DNA of 57,222 nucleotides from a virus (Duplodnaviria; Caudoviricetes): IMG/VR virus record IMGVR_UViG_3300037307_000076, positions 1 to 57,222 of that record; one strand, 5' to 3'. Shown piece by piece: positions 41,742 to 50,762 of this stretch (position 1 is its first letter; each line of letters starts with the position of its first letter). The notes under the pieces were generated by a model. It saw only the letters and a program-made list of their open reading frames with translations, ran no database searches and was not told where the DNA came from. The position numbers and the translations under genes were made by a program.

Positions 41742-41742
41742 C

Positions 41743-42138
41743 TTACTTGAGAAGAGATTGAAGTTCTTTACGGGTAATAAACTGCTTCTTGTAAGCTTGT
41801 TGCAAGAAAGCTTTCATGTCGCTTTTCGGCACATACCAACCATCGTCGTATTGAATAGCGTGGTCAGTGGACCCAACAAACTTACGCACCGAAACCGAGG
41901 GGTGACTAAAGTGGATCATAGCCTTGCCTGCCAATTGCTTTACACCCTCAGGTGACATCGTAGCAAGGTGATCATCCCACCGGCGGATTATGCGTACCCA
42001 CCCTTCGACGGGAACATATTGCATAGCTTTAGACTTGCCAAACAACCGAGCGAAACAGGTATACCCGTAGGGCTTACGATCATGCCATTTGGGCATCGTA
42101 ACATCTTCCCCACAACATGAACATTTCAGTATACGCAT
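41743..42138 (-). CDS. Hypothetical early protein with CxxC...C zinc-binding N-terminus
   Basis: CSCCG...YGYTC; GGAG RBS; first gene after the promoter. Confidence 0.65.
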   Translation of the reverse strand: MRILKCSCCGEDVTMPKWHDRKPYGYTCFARLFGKSKAMQYVPVEGWVRIIRRWDDHLATMSPEGVKQLAGKAMIHFSHPSVSVRKFVGSTDHAIQYDDGWYVPKSDMKAFLQQAYKKQFITRKELQSLLK

Positions 42139-42177
42139 TTTTGACTCCCGTGGCTTGTTTGCTTACTTTGTGACCAT

Positions 42178-42206
42178 AGTATAGCGGCGTCCCTGCTGGA
42201 CGTCAA
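42178..42206 (-). promoter_or_regulatory. sigma70-type early promoter
   Basis: TTGACG-17-TATACT with A-rich UP element. Confidence 0.8.
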
Positions 42207-42238
42207 GCCTTTTTTCAAAATATTTTTCCTCAGAAATG

Positions 42239-43105
42239 TTACATTCCCAGGCGTGAAGCGAGGTTGGCATACTTTTGTTGCATTTGCTCGACGATAATTT
42301 GAGAAAGTTCTGGTCCGGGTGCTTTCTTATCCCAATCTAGCGTATGCAAGTAGTCGCGAAGAATCTGCTTGTCGAACGACGGTGGACTGAAACCGGGGTT
42401 ATATGTGGCTGCATCCCAGTACCTGGAACTATCGGGGGTGAGTACTTCGTCCATGAGGATTACTTGTCCTGTTTGGTCTAGCCCGAACTCTAGCTTAGTA
42501 TCTGCGATGATGAGCCCTCGTTCTTCGGCATAGGTATTTGCCATAGCGTAAATTGCCAAACTTACCTGTCTTACCTTATCAGCAACCGCCGCACCTACGA
42601 TCTCGTCCATCATCTCAAACGTTATATTGACATCGTGGCGGCCTGGCGGAGCCTTGGTGGACGGAGTGAATACAGGCTCTGGTAAGCGGTCCGCCAACAC
42701 TAAACCATCAGGCATTTTGATACCAGAAATTGTTCCTGTGTTGCGATACTCATCCCAGGCGGAACCAAATAGATACCCGCGCACAATAGCCTCAATAGGC
42801 AATGGCGTAAGCCTACGCACAATCTGACAAGCCTTGCAAGCATTAGGGCGTTCGTCCTTATCAGGTAATGCTTCATCCAATCCAATCTGGGCTAGGAAGA
42901 TATGATTGGGCACGATATACTGAGTCATGTCACACCAGAATCGAGTGAACTTGGTTAAGATCTCTCCTCGACCAGGAATGGGCGTAGGCAAGATTACATC
43001 AAACGCACTTACCCTATCCGTCGTGTAGATGAGAAGATGATCAATCCCAATTTCCCATACATCACGCACTTTACCTCGATACATTAGCTTTAATGGGTCG
43101 AACAT
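42239..43105 (-). CDS. purC: SAICAR synthetase
   Basis: GKVRDV, TDRVSAFD, EAIVRGYL.GS, FTPSTKA, ADTKLEFG, DEVLTPDSSR, SFDKQ. Confidence 0.96.
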   Translation of the reverse strand: MFDPLKLMYRGKVRDVWEIGIDHLLIYTTDRVSAFDVILPTPIPGRGEILTKFTRFWCDMTQYIVPNHIFLAQIGLDEALPDKDERPNACKACQIVRRLTPLPIEAIVRGYLFGSAWDEYRNTGTISGIKMPDGLVLADRLPEPVFTPSTKAPPGRHDVNITFEMMDEIVGAAVADKVRQVSLAIYAMANTYAEERGLIIADTKLEFGLDQTGQVILMDEVLTPDSSRYWDAATYNPGFSPPSFDKQILRDYLHTLDWDKKAPGPELSQIIVEQMQQKYANLASRLGM

Positions 43106-43117
43106 AAAGTAAACTCC

Positions 43118-44038
43118 TTAGACTGATTTTAGGTTGAGAATTGGTGATATTTGAACACCAAACGTATTGCTGAGTAAACGGTTATCACCTCTGGAATGAC
43201 GAATGTCGCCCTCTCTTTCTGGAAGATATTGGATTGGCGGGGTTCTCTGATAAATGCACGTCAGCTCTTCGAGGATACTATTCAGAGGACGTGCATACCC
43301 TGTGCATACATTGTAGATGCCCTTAACGCCTAGCGGTGCTGAAAGCGCCATTTTATTAACTGTAGCTACCGCTTTGACAGGAACAAAGTCTCGAGTCTGA
43401 TTGCCGTCTCCAAATACAGTGATTGGCGTATTGTTCTTAAAGCAATCGCTGAATATGGACAATACGCCTGAGTATGGTGACTTAGGATCCTGTCTAGATC
43501 CATAGACATTGAAGTAACGAAAACAGATAGGATCGAAATTGGGGTGGTCTTTAGACAGAGCCATCAGCAATCTCTCTGATTCCAGCTTTTTCTCTGCATA
43601 AGGAGATTTGGGATCAGGAGTAGCTGTTTCTTTGCACGGCAGTTCAGGGTAGTCACCGTAGACGGCAGCGGATGATGCGAACACCATCCTGTGGCACTGG
43701 ACATTAATGCACTGTTTAGCGATTATCTCAGTGGCTTTAAAGTTGAGCATGTGGTTCACTTGAAGCTTCTCAAAAGATTCAGGCACACTTACAAGAGCAG
43801 CCAGGTGTAGAACAGCATCAGGTTGAATGTGCTTGAACACAGCCTCCATGCAATGTTCATCGCAAACATCTAGCTTAACCCATTCAAAGTTAGGATGATT
43901 GAATACTGCATCCAAGTTTTTAAGTCTGCCTGTTCGCAGATTGTCAACGCAGAGAACTTTGTAGCCAGTCCTTATAAGACATTCTATAGTGTGGCTACCA
44001 ATAAAGCCAGCCCCACCAGTCACAATCACCGTTTTCAT
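43118..44038 (-). CDS. NAD-dependent sugar epimerase/dehydratase
   Basis: TGGAGFIGS, HLAA, ASSAAVYG, PYAEKK, RYFNVYG, GDGNQTRDF. Confidence 0.92.
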   Translation of the reverse strand: MKTVIVTGGAGFIGSHTIECLIRTGYKVLCVDNLRTGRLKNLDAVFNHPNFEWVKLDVCDEHCMEAVFKHIQPDAVLHLAALVSVPESFEKLQVNHMLNFKATEIIAKQCINVQCHRMVFASSAAVYGDYPELPCKETATPDPKSPYAEKKLESERLLMALSKDHPNFDPICFRYFNVYGSRQDPKSPYSGVLSIFSDCFKNNTPITVFGDGNQTRDFVPVKAVATVNKMALSAPLGVKGIYNVCTGYARPLNSILEELTCIYQRTPPIQYLPEREGDIRHSRGDNRLLSNTFGVQISPILNLKSV

Positions 44039-44058
44039 AATATGTCTCTATAATGGTT

Positions 44059-44316
44059 TTAGGAACTTACAGTAAACCCATCTCTTACAATTGCATCTAA
44101 TGATATAGTCTCAAGACTGGCAAAGTACATGAACTGATCGAATAGATACCCCACTCTCGTGTTGTTCTCCTTCTTCGAGTAGCAAGTTCCATTAGAATCA
44201 CTCACAACCATGTTAAACTCATGGTGCTGGATTTCTATGATCTTGATTTGAAGTAAACCTTCTGTCCATCCTTCTCCTGCTTTTTTGAGCATGGAATACA
44301 TCGTTTTAGGTGTCAT
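44059..44316 (-). CDS. Hypothetical protein
   Basis: 85-aa ORF. Confidence 0.45.
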   Translation of the reverse strand: MTPKTMYSMLKKAGEGWTEGLLQIKIIEIQHHEFNMVVSDSNGTCYSKKENNTRVGYLFDQFMYFASLETISLDAIVRDGFTVSS

Positions 44317-44851
44317 AATGTTCCCATGGGTGAACTAGTGTGATAGAGTCTGGTAACTTTAAGTCTTGGAGGATTGGCAGCAAATGAGTCTTATAATCTA
44401 AGTCACCATTACCACATCCTAGGAGTGGAAGATATACGGAATCGAGATCATTCTTGATCATAAACTTGAGAAGATCATTTAATGATTTGCGGATAATCTC
44501 AGGGTCTGCTTTGCAATGATAGCCAGGAACTTCAACGCCAACCGTATACATGGACACTACGCTTTCTTTGATTCGTTGACGGTCTTGCTCACAGGTAACG
44601 AGCATACTCACAGGCTTGACAGGGACTGCAATGAGACGGACAGGGTGCAGTAATATCCACCCGACAGTATTACCAAATCGTTGCAGATGTCGTCCTAGAT
44701 TATACGATACATCAGGATAACGCTGCTTCGCTTGGAGGGCTAATCCTCTTCCCATTACACCTATGCCATTTCGAGTAAGATACCCATTGGTAGGAATACA
44801 CAGTGGTCCAGAACAAGCATACTGCCAAATGTCACCCGTCACAATTTTCAT
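44306..44851 (-). CDS. Macro-domain (ADP-ribose-binding/hydrolase-like) protein
   Basis: TGDIW, IPTNG, GVMGRGLALQAK, LPLLGCGNGDL. Confidence 0.8.
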   Translation of the reverse strand: MKIVTGDIWQYACSGPLCIPTNGYLTRNGIGVMGRGLALQAKQRYPDVSYNLGRHLQRFGNTVGWILLHPVRLIAVPVKPVSMLVTCEQDRQRIKESVVSMYTVGVEVPGYHCKADPEIIRKSLNDLLKFMIKNDLDSVYLPLLGCGNGDLDYKTHLLPILQDLKLPDSITLVHPWEHYDT

Positions 44852-44865
44852 AAGAACCTCATTGG

Positions 44866-45111
44866 TTACTTAAATTTAGGATCTTTTTCGGGATTGTACG
44901 GTCTGACTGATTTAGGATCCACGTTTAGGTTAGCTATCGTTGTAGATGCTTCTGTGCCGTCAGCGAGAACTACCTTAAGTTCATTGCCGTTTATCTTCTT
45001 GATAAAAATCAGCTGACCAGAAAGGTCTCCAATTTTGTCTAAAGACTTGCAGACCATACCAGGTTTTAACGAAACCTCGGATAGATACTGATCGAATGTT
45101 GTAAGATGCAT
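44866..45111 (-). CDS. Hypothetical protein (possible internal head protein)
   Basis: N-terminus LTTFDQYLSE resembles a capsid-targeting sequence. Confidence 0.5.
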   Translation of the reverse strand: MHLTTFDQYLSEVSLKPGMVCKSLDKIGDLSGQLIFIKKINGNELKVVLADGTEASTTIANLNVDPKSVRPYNPEKDPKFK

Positions 45112-45113
45112 TG

Positions 45114-45464
45114 TTATTCCTTTCGTCGAATCGGTGTTGTAGAATTGGTATGCGGGAACTCTAATTTTGCAAAGTAATTTGCTATCGGCTCTACTTCGTA
45201 ATCAACCAGCGTCGTCTTTACAAGGGTTCCCACATCTTGATATGTCTTATTTATCTTCCTGATAAGGATAGGTTCAGCCATCTTTATTGGAGTTTCTGGT
45301 CGAACGAATAGTATGCTTTGCCACGCTCTTAACGTCGGCGGGTGATGCCATTCGATCATTTTATTAATCGGCTCTTTGTGATTGAAACCTTTTAGCTTGT
45401 CCATACTGAAGTCAGACATCCTCATACTGAACGGGAACTGCATAAAGTAGTCTGCCCTAGCCAT
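45114..45464 (-). CDS. Hypothetical protein
   Basis: 116-aa ORF; start uncertain. Confidence 0.45.
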   Translation of the reverse strand: MARADYFMQFPFSMRMSDFSMDKLKGFNHKEPINKMIEWHHPPTLRAWQSILFVRPETPIKMAEPILIRKINKTYQDVGTLVKTTLVDYEVEPIANYFAKLEFPHTNSTTPIRRKE

Positions 45465-46080
45465 ATCTTGCCCGTAGAAATAGAGAGATAGACAATTCTA
45501 CCTCACAATGACCGTGGTGTTAATTGGTAATGTACCCGACGGTGTCGAGTTGTACTTACTTTTCCACTTTGATCACAAACCCGCCATCCACGACGGTGAT
45601 GGACTGATAGGAATTACGTAGGCGGGTGTATTAAGGGCGACAAATGCAGCTTTCATCACTCATCCTCATACGTTCTAAATGCACGGCGAGTAGGAACACC
45701 ACGACCAACTCTGGCACAAGGCTGGCTATGCCTCTGATTACCATAACGAATAGCTTTCACCTTAACTAAACGTTCTATGGTAGCGTAAACGCTGTATTCA
45801 GATTCATCACTGTCATTTCCATAGTTTTTCTTATTGTTGCGCACGAAATGACGCTTTTGATGATTGTGATCATAAGTCTTTCCCATTTTCAAACCTTCGA
45901 TGTGTGAGTAAATTAATGAAACGATAATAGGTGTCATAAAATCTGACGTAGACGTGTCCTTTGAGGACAGCGACCCTGCCAGAGCGTAAGTAAAATGAGT
46001 ATCTAGAGACTACGAACTCATCGAGATGAATACAGCATCGCATTGTTTGCACGTTTGGGCATCCCTGCCCTAGGGAACGG

Positions 46081-46917
46081 CTAGCGGACTAGCAATGTAC
46101 CGCGCGCCAGTACCTCCCAAGTTTTCGGGAAAGCATTGCGAAGCTCAGCAAGCTTGACCACGGTCCGAATGGATAGCTCACGAAAACGGTCATGGTTGTT
46201 TTCGATAAACTCGATGATTTCGTTATGGTATTTACGGTTAAGAAACGTGTCTAGCAGGGTAGACGTAGTGATAACGTGACGGATACGCATAATCTTCTCA
46301 CGGTTTGTTTTAAGCACAGCATTCACGTAATGCGCACGGGATATAATCGCGTCATAATGGTCCTGCTTGGTCTTACGAGCATCCTCGAGGTTCGTGTTAG
46401 TGAGGATAATCACACAACCTTCAAAGTTGAACTCTGTTGGAATACCCTCGGCTTCGAGTACCATGCTCAGCTTGCGGTATGCAATGCTACGCTCTTTATT
46501 TGACTCAGTAGCCGCTTTGAGCAATTGGAGGCTTTCGTTGTCCGTAAACACTTCGTCGGTGTCGTCTAAGATTAGTACGCCGTGACGGGCATGGTACAGC
46601 TCGATAAACAACGCAACGGGGCTAATCGTGCCCTTCAGGTGATGGAAGTAGAAATTGCTGTCTTTGGCTTCCTGCGCTTTGACTGCCTTAACCACCTCGA
46701 AGGTTTTACCCGTACCAGGAGAACCTGACACAATCATAGAGCGGATTTTGAGACTTGCCGCAGCTTCCGCTAGGAGCGAGATGCTAGTAAAGGTATCGTC
46801 AATTCGGGCAAAGAGTTCTTCGTCAGACAGTAGACAGGTCTCGTTGATCACCTCTGCTTTCCGCTGCTTAGGTGCAAGTGTTGGAGCAATCCAACCTACT
46901 TCGATAACTTTAGCCAT
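46081..46917 (-). CDS. AAA-like ATPase (paralogue of the 3245..4774 ATPase domain)
   Basis: GSPGTGKT, ILDDTD, LLKAAT, FNFEGCVIILTN, AIISR, LSIR. Confidence 0.8.
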   Translation of the reverse strand: MAKVIEVGWIAPTLAPKQRKAEVINETCLLSDEELFARIDDTFTSISLLAEAAASLKIRSMIVSGSPGTGKTFEVVKAVKAQEAKDSNFYFHHLKGTISPVALFIELYHARHGVLILDDTDEVFTDNESLQLLKAATESNKERSIAYRKLSMVLEAEGIPTEFNFEGCVIILTNTNLEDARKTKQDHYDAIISRAHYVNAVLKTNREKIMRIRHVITTSTLLDTFLNRKYHNEIIEFIENNHDRFRELSIRTVVKLAELRNAFPKTWEVLARGTLLVR

Positions 46918-47143
46918 AATCTCTTTCTCACGGGAAAGCAGGTCGGTTTTGCTGCCGACGAACTTGATCTTGGCGCCATCTTTCGCGAACGCTTCGGGAA
47001 CGGCTAGCGGACTAGCAATATATACAAACCACGACGCCAGCCCGACAACGGCTTGACATGCTGACTGGATTTAAGAGAATTAAGGACTTCGGAAAAGTAC
47101 ATTTTTGGCTTCCTGTGTTGCTGAGATTTCGTTAAGTTTGCGT

Positions 47144-47171
47144 ATTATAGCACACAGTCAACGGATGTCAA
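47144..47171 (-). promoter_or_regulatory. sigma70-type early promoter
   Basis: TTGACA-16-TATAAT. Confidence 0.7.
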
Positions 47172-47179
47172 GAACTTTT

Positions 47180-48127
47180 TCAACTTAAGGATTTCAACGA
47201 GTTACCTAGCTCAATCCTGCGGATGCTTTCCGCCAGCAATTCTGCAACAGAAATTTGACGGATAGGCAAGTCAAGCATGGCAGGTTTGAGTGATATAGTG
47301 TCTGTTACCACCAGCTCTGTAATGGGCGTTGACTTAAAATTCTTGAATGCGTTGCCCGAAAGCACTGCATGGGTGCAGTATGCGCGGACCGATACGGCTC
47401 CCCTGTCCATAATAGCGTCTACGGCCTTAATTATCGTCCCGCCCGTATCTACGATGTCATCTACGATAACGCAGTTCTTTCCACAAACATCACCTATAAT
47501 GTGCATCACTTCAGATACGTTAGCTTTAGGGCGTCGTTTGTCGATGATAACCAAATCCGCATCGCCCACTTGCTTGGCTAGACTTCGTGCTCTTAAGACA
47601 CCTCCCACATCAGGAGATACGATAACCAAATTGTCGAGTTTGAGAGCGTTTATGTCCGTGGCAAAGTGTTTTGTCGAATAGATGTTGTCAACAGGAATTT
47701 TGAAAAACCCTTGGATTTGGTCAGCGTGCAACTCCACCGTCAGTATTCTTTCGATACCCGCCACTTGCATGAGATCAGCAACCAATCTCGCCGAAATCGG
47801 TACTCGAGCAGATCGAGGTCGTCGATCTTGTCTCGCATATCCAAAATACGGAATAACTGCTGCAATCGAACGGGCGGATGCCCTTTTGAGAGCATCCGCC
47901 ATTAGTAGCAACTCCATCAACGTATCGTTTGCGGGAAAACAAATTGATTGGATGATGAATACATCTTGTCCTCTCACGTTTTCTAAAATTTCTACAAAAG
48001 CCTCGCCATCGCTAAATTTATCAATTTTGGCGTGCCCTAAAATCATCAAATCACCTACTTTTTTTGATAGTTGAGTGGTAATTCTATGAGCTAATGGGCT
48101 ATTGGAGTTTCCGCTGAAGAGTTGCAT
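47180..48127 (-). CDS. prs: Ribose-phosphate pyrophosphokinase
   Basis: FSDGE, PYFGYARQDR, LHADQIQGFF, VSPDVGG, IVDDIVDTGGT. Confidence 0.97.
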   Translation of the reverse strand: MQLFSGNSNSPLAHRITTQLSKKVGDLMILGHAKIDKFSDGEAFVEILENVRGQDVFIIQSICFPANDTLMELLLMADALKRASARSIAAVIPYFGYARQDRRPRSARVPISARLVADLMQVAGIERILTVELHADQIQGFFKIPVDNIYSTKHFATDINALKLDNLVIVSPDVGGVLRARSLAKQVGDADLVIIDKRRPKANVSEVMHIIGDVCGKNCVIVDDIVDTGGTIIKAVDAIMDRGAVSVRAYCTHAVLSGNAFKNFKSTPITELVVTDTISLKPAMLDLPIRQISVAELLAESIRRIELGNSLKSLS

Positions 48128-48138
48128 AGGTAACTCTC

Positions 48139-49065
48139 TTAGTATTCGCTACGAATCGAAATACTTCGGGCTGGTACTATCAACTGAGCCCATCCTGCAT
48201 TAGGGTCATTGAAAGCATCGGCATCGTTCAGGAAGAACATCTGGTCTTCCGCCTGAACGCCCACTTGAGTGTCCAAGATAGGCTTTCCGAAATGAACCAC
48301 GTTGACTTTATGGCAGAGATTGAAGTTAGCATACCCCGCTGGACCAGGCTCTGCCACATCATACGTTTGAAAACTGACGCCGTCGCGATTAGATACCAAG
48401 TATTCGTATGACGCACATTGTCCATAACCAGGAGAAGTCTTTAGATTGACCACCCAATCCGTCGAACGACCTCTGTTCCTAGTCCATGCCGTACGAACGG
48501 GATCTTGCAGCGATGGCAGTTCGCGATAGTCGTTTAATAGCGTGCCTTTCTCGGTCCAAAGAGTGTACTCATAAGAGAGTGTCTTGACATTGGTGAGGAC
48601 GTAGTCGTTTCCACAAAAACCACCTGCACCAAAAGTGGCAAAATCTTCCGACGTGATCGTCAGATAGCCCTCGTCGATATCGAAATCGCTGTTAGCATAG
48701 AACTGACAACTACCCTCATTCTCAGGGACATACCACCAAGACGAACCAGGCTTCGACCCCTTACTGATACTCGAAACAATCATGTCGTTAGGACCTAAGA
48801 CATAGTGGTTAAAGGCGCGAACGTATCCGTCAACATCGACCGCACGAACAGTCACGGCAACCTTCTTATCGGTCGGATTCGTAATGGAATAGCGAGCGCT
48901 CCAGTTGTTTCTAGTGTTGAAGTACGGAACCACGACAGTTTCATCAGGATCTGTCACGCAGCCATCGGCCGATGGCCCAAACCCCGGTGCCGGACAAGTT
49001 TGTACGGCGAACGCAGATCCTACCAATCCAAAACAAAGTACTAAAGAGCATAAAATTTTATTCAT
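48139..49065 (-). CDS. Secreted/surface protein
   Basis: Signal peptide ending AFA; VPYFNTRN..SITN..VAVTVR beta-rich domain; several Cys. Confidence 0.6.
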   Translation of the reverse strand: MNKILCSLVLCFGLVGSAFAVQTCPAPGFGPSADGCVTDPDETVVVPYFNTRNNWSARYSITNPTDKKVAVTVRAVDVDGYVRAFNHYVLGPNDMIVSSISKGSKPGSSWWYVPENEGSCQFYANSDFDIDEGYLTITSEDFATFGAGGFCGNDYVLTNVKTLSYEYTLWTEKGTLLNDYRELPSLQDPVRTAWTRNRGRSTDWVVNLKTSPGYGQCASYEYLVSNRDGVSFQTYDVAEPGPAGYANFNLCHKVNVVHFGKPILDTQVGVQAEDQMFFLNDADAFNDPNAGWAQLIVPARSISIRSEY

Positions 49066-49291
49066 ATTGAAATCCTCAAAATTGTGGTTTAACGACATTG
49101 GCCCTGCTTACCCCTATCATACCGAATGATGAAATGGGGATTACGAATATCATCGGCTACCAAATTTTCAAAAGTGATGAGCGCGATATTCTGTAATACT
49201 TAATAAAGAGAATTTCTTGTTGTAGTGTCTTAAGACAAGAACATCCTCTTTAACTTGATTGTAATGAATAGAACATCCCTGTTCCTTTAAA

Positions 49292-49861
49292 TCAATTTTT
49301 GTTACAAAGGACGCGAACTACCTTAGGCAATAGTTTGTTCTCTTTGACAAGAACTCTTGCTGCTAGTGTCTCCTCCGTATCATCAGGTTTCACTCTCATG
49401 CGAGCTTGAGCAATGATAGGACCCCCGTCTACAACCGGAGTGACAAAGTGAACTGTGCAGCCATGCCATTGGTCTCCCGTCTCTAGAACTCTCTTGTGGG
49501 TATGAAGACCAGGGTATTTAGGGAGTAGAGATGGGTGAATGTTGATGCACCTGCCGTTCCAGAACTTGCAGAACTCTTCGTGCATAACTCGCATGAACCC
49601 TGCGAGGACAACGAGTTGGACATCATATCTTCGTAGGGTCGTGATGATTTGCCTTTCCCACTGATCTCTTGGCATCGCCTTAGGATTACTCAATATCACT
49701 ACAGGAACAAAATGATCCCAGGCGTGCATGATCCCAGGCGCATTGACGTTATCAGTGACCGCACAAACGATATTCACACTCTCAGGATGACGCTTAGCCA
49801 TGTCCAATAGGGCTTTGAGATTAGACCCACGCCCACTGAATAAAATTGCAACTCGTCTCAT
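49292..49861 (-). CDS. purN: Phosphoribosylglycinamide formyltransferase
   Basis: SGRGSNL, LAGFMR, NIHPSLLPKYPG, GCTVHFV, DGGPII. Confidence 0.96.
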   Translation of the reverse strand: MRRVAILFSGRGSNLKALLDMAKRHPESVNIVCAVTDNVNAPGIMHAWDHFVPVVILSNPKAMPRDQWERQIITTLRRYDVQLVVLAGFMRVMHEEFCKFWNGRCINIHPSLLPKYPGLHTHKRVLETGDQWHGCTVHFVTPVVDGGPIIAQARMRVKPDDTEETLAARVLVKENKLLPKVVRVLCNKN

Positions 49862-50094
49862 ACATACCCCGTATAATTAGGCAATTCTTTAGTGTTTTGA
49901 ACATCGTGTGGGTGACTTTCAATTCTACCTGCCTGAGTTACTTGTACCCATTTAGCTCTTATGAAAAGCTCTTTTATATTTCTCGCACCCACGATGTTTC
50001 GAGTAAGAGGCGACCTCACGCACGTATCCGAAGGCAAGACGTTACGGTGCCAGGGGATAATGCTAATATCATCGAAGGTGAGAGCGATTGACAT
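49858..50094 (-). pseudogene. guaB: Mini-IMPDH: GuaB N- and C-termini fused, catalytic core deleted
   Basis: ALTFDDISIIP..VLPSD..LTRNI joined to GARNIKEL..AGRIESHPHDVQNTKELPNY. Confidence 0.75.
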
Positions 50095-50101
50095 TGAAAA
50101 A

Positions 50102-50749
50102 TTACTCTGTCTCTAGTGCGATGAAGTATTCAATCCTATATTCTTCGCTGTTGCTTGTGAATCGGCTGAGTCCTACATCGCTAATTACAACAGAGTAATC
50201 CACAGGAATCAACTTGAGGCTTTCTACCTTGAACATGGCAGGCTTCGTGCTCTTGCCGCAGTCGATCGGAATCGTGATGTGGTGCTGGTTTCCAACGCTG
50301 TTTCGATTGAGAACGGTGATGCCATGGCAGTCAATGACGATATCTTTCAACTTCATTACACCGGAGACACGGATAATCTTATCGAATACCTCTTTAGTTA
50401 GGGTGAACTTCTTGTCCTCAGACGGCATTGACATTTTCTTGTCACCAGGAGAGATAACGACACTAGGGCTGCTAAAGTTGTAATAGGTGTACTCACTGGC
50501 TGAGGTCATAACCATGCGAGTCTCTTCAAACGTGATGTCACAATCCTCCGCCAATGAGAACGTACCGAGGAACTCATTGAGATCGTAAATTGCAAACTCA
50601 ACAGGAATCACGTCAGGAATCTTTGCTGTTACAAACGTGTTCTTCATGACATTCATAGTCTTTATCTCATTACCAGGACGGAAGATCAGTCCCTGATTAA
50701 TAGTGGCTAAGTTCTTGAGAATGTCAACGGTAATTTTACTTAGATGCAT
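50102..50749 (-). CDS. 45: Sliding clamp gp45
   Basis: ILKNLATINQ, FAIYDLNEFL, YFIALE. Confidence 0.93.
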   Translation of the reverse strand: MHLSKITVDILKNLATINQGLIFRPGNEIKTMNVMKNTFVTAKIPDVIPVEFAIYDLNEFLGTFSLAEDCDITFEETRMVMTSASEYTYYNFSSPSVVISPGDKKMSMPSEDKKFTLTKEVFDKIIRVSGVMKLKDIVIDCHGITVLNRNSVGNQHHITIPIDCGKSTKPAMFKVESLKLIPVDYSVVISDVGLSRFTSNSEEYRIEYFIALETE

Positions 50750-50762
50750 GTAGGATACCTCA

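Noticed and set aside
45465-45656. Further CGG-shift gene upstream of ORF 45114..45464
   Set aside because: CGG at 45472 and 45512 could chain into the ORF, but no consistent path from the ATG at 45656 exists under the rule; left unresolved.
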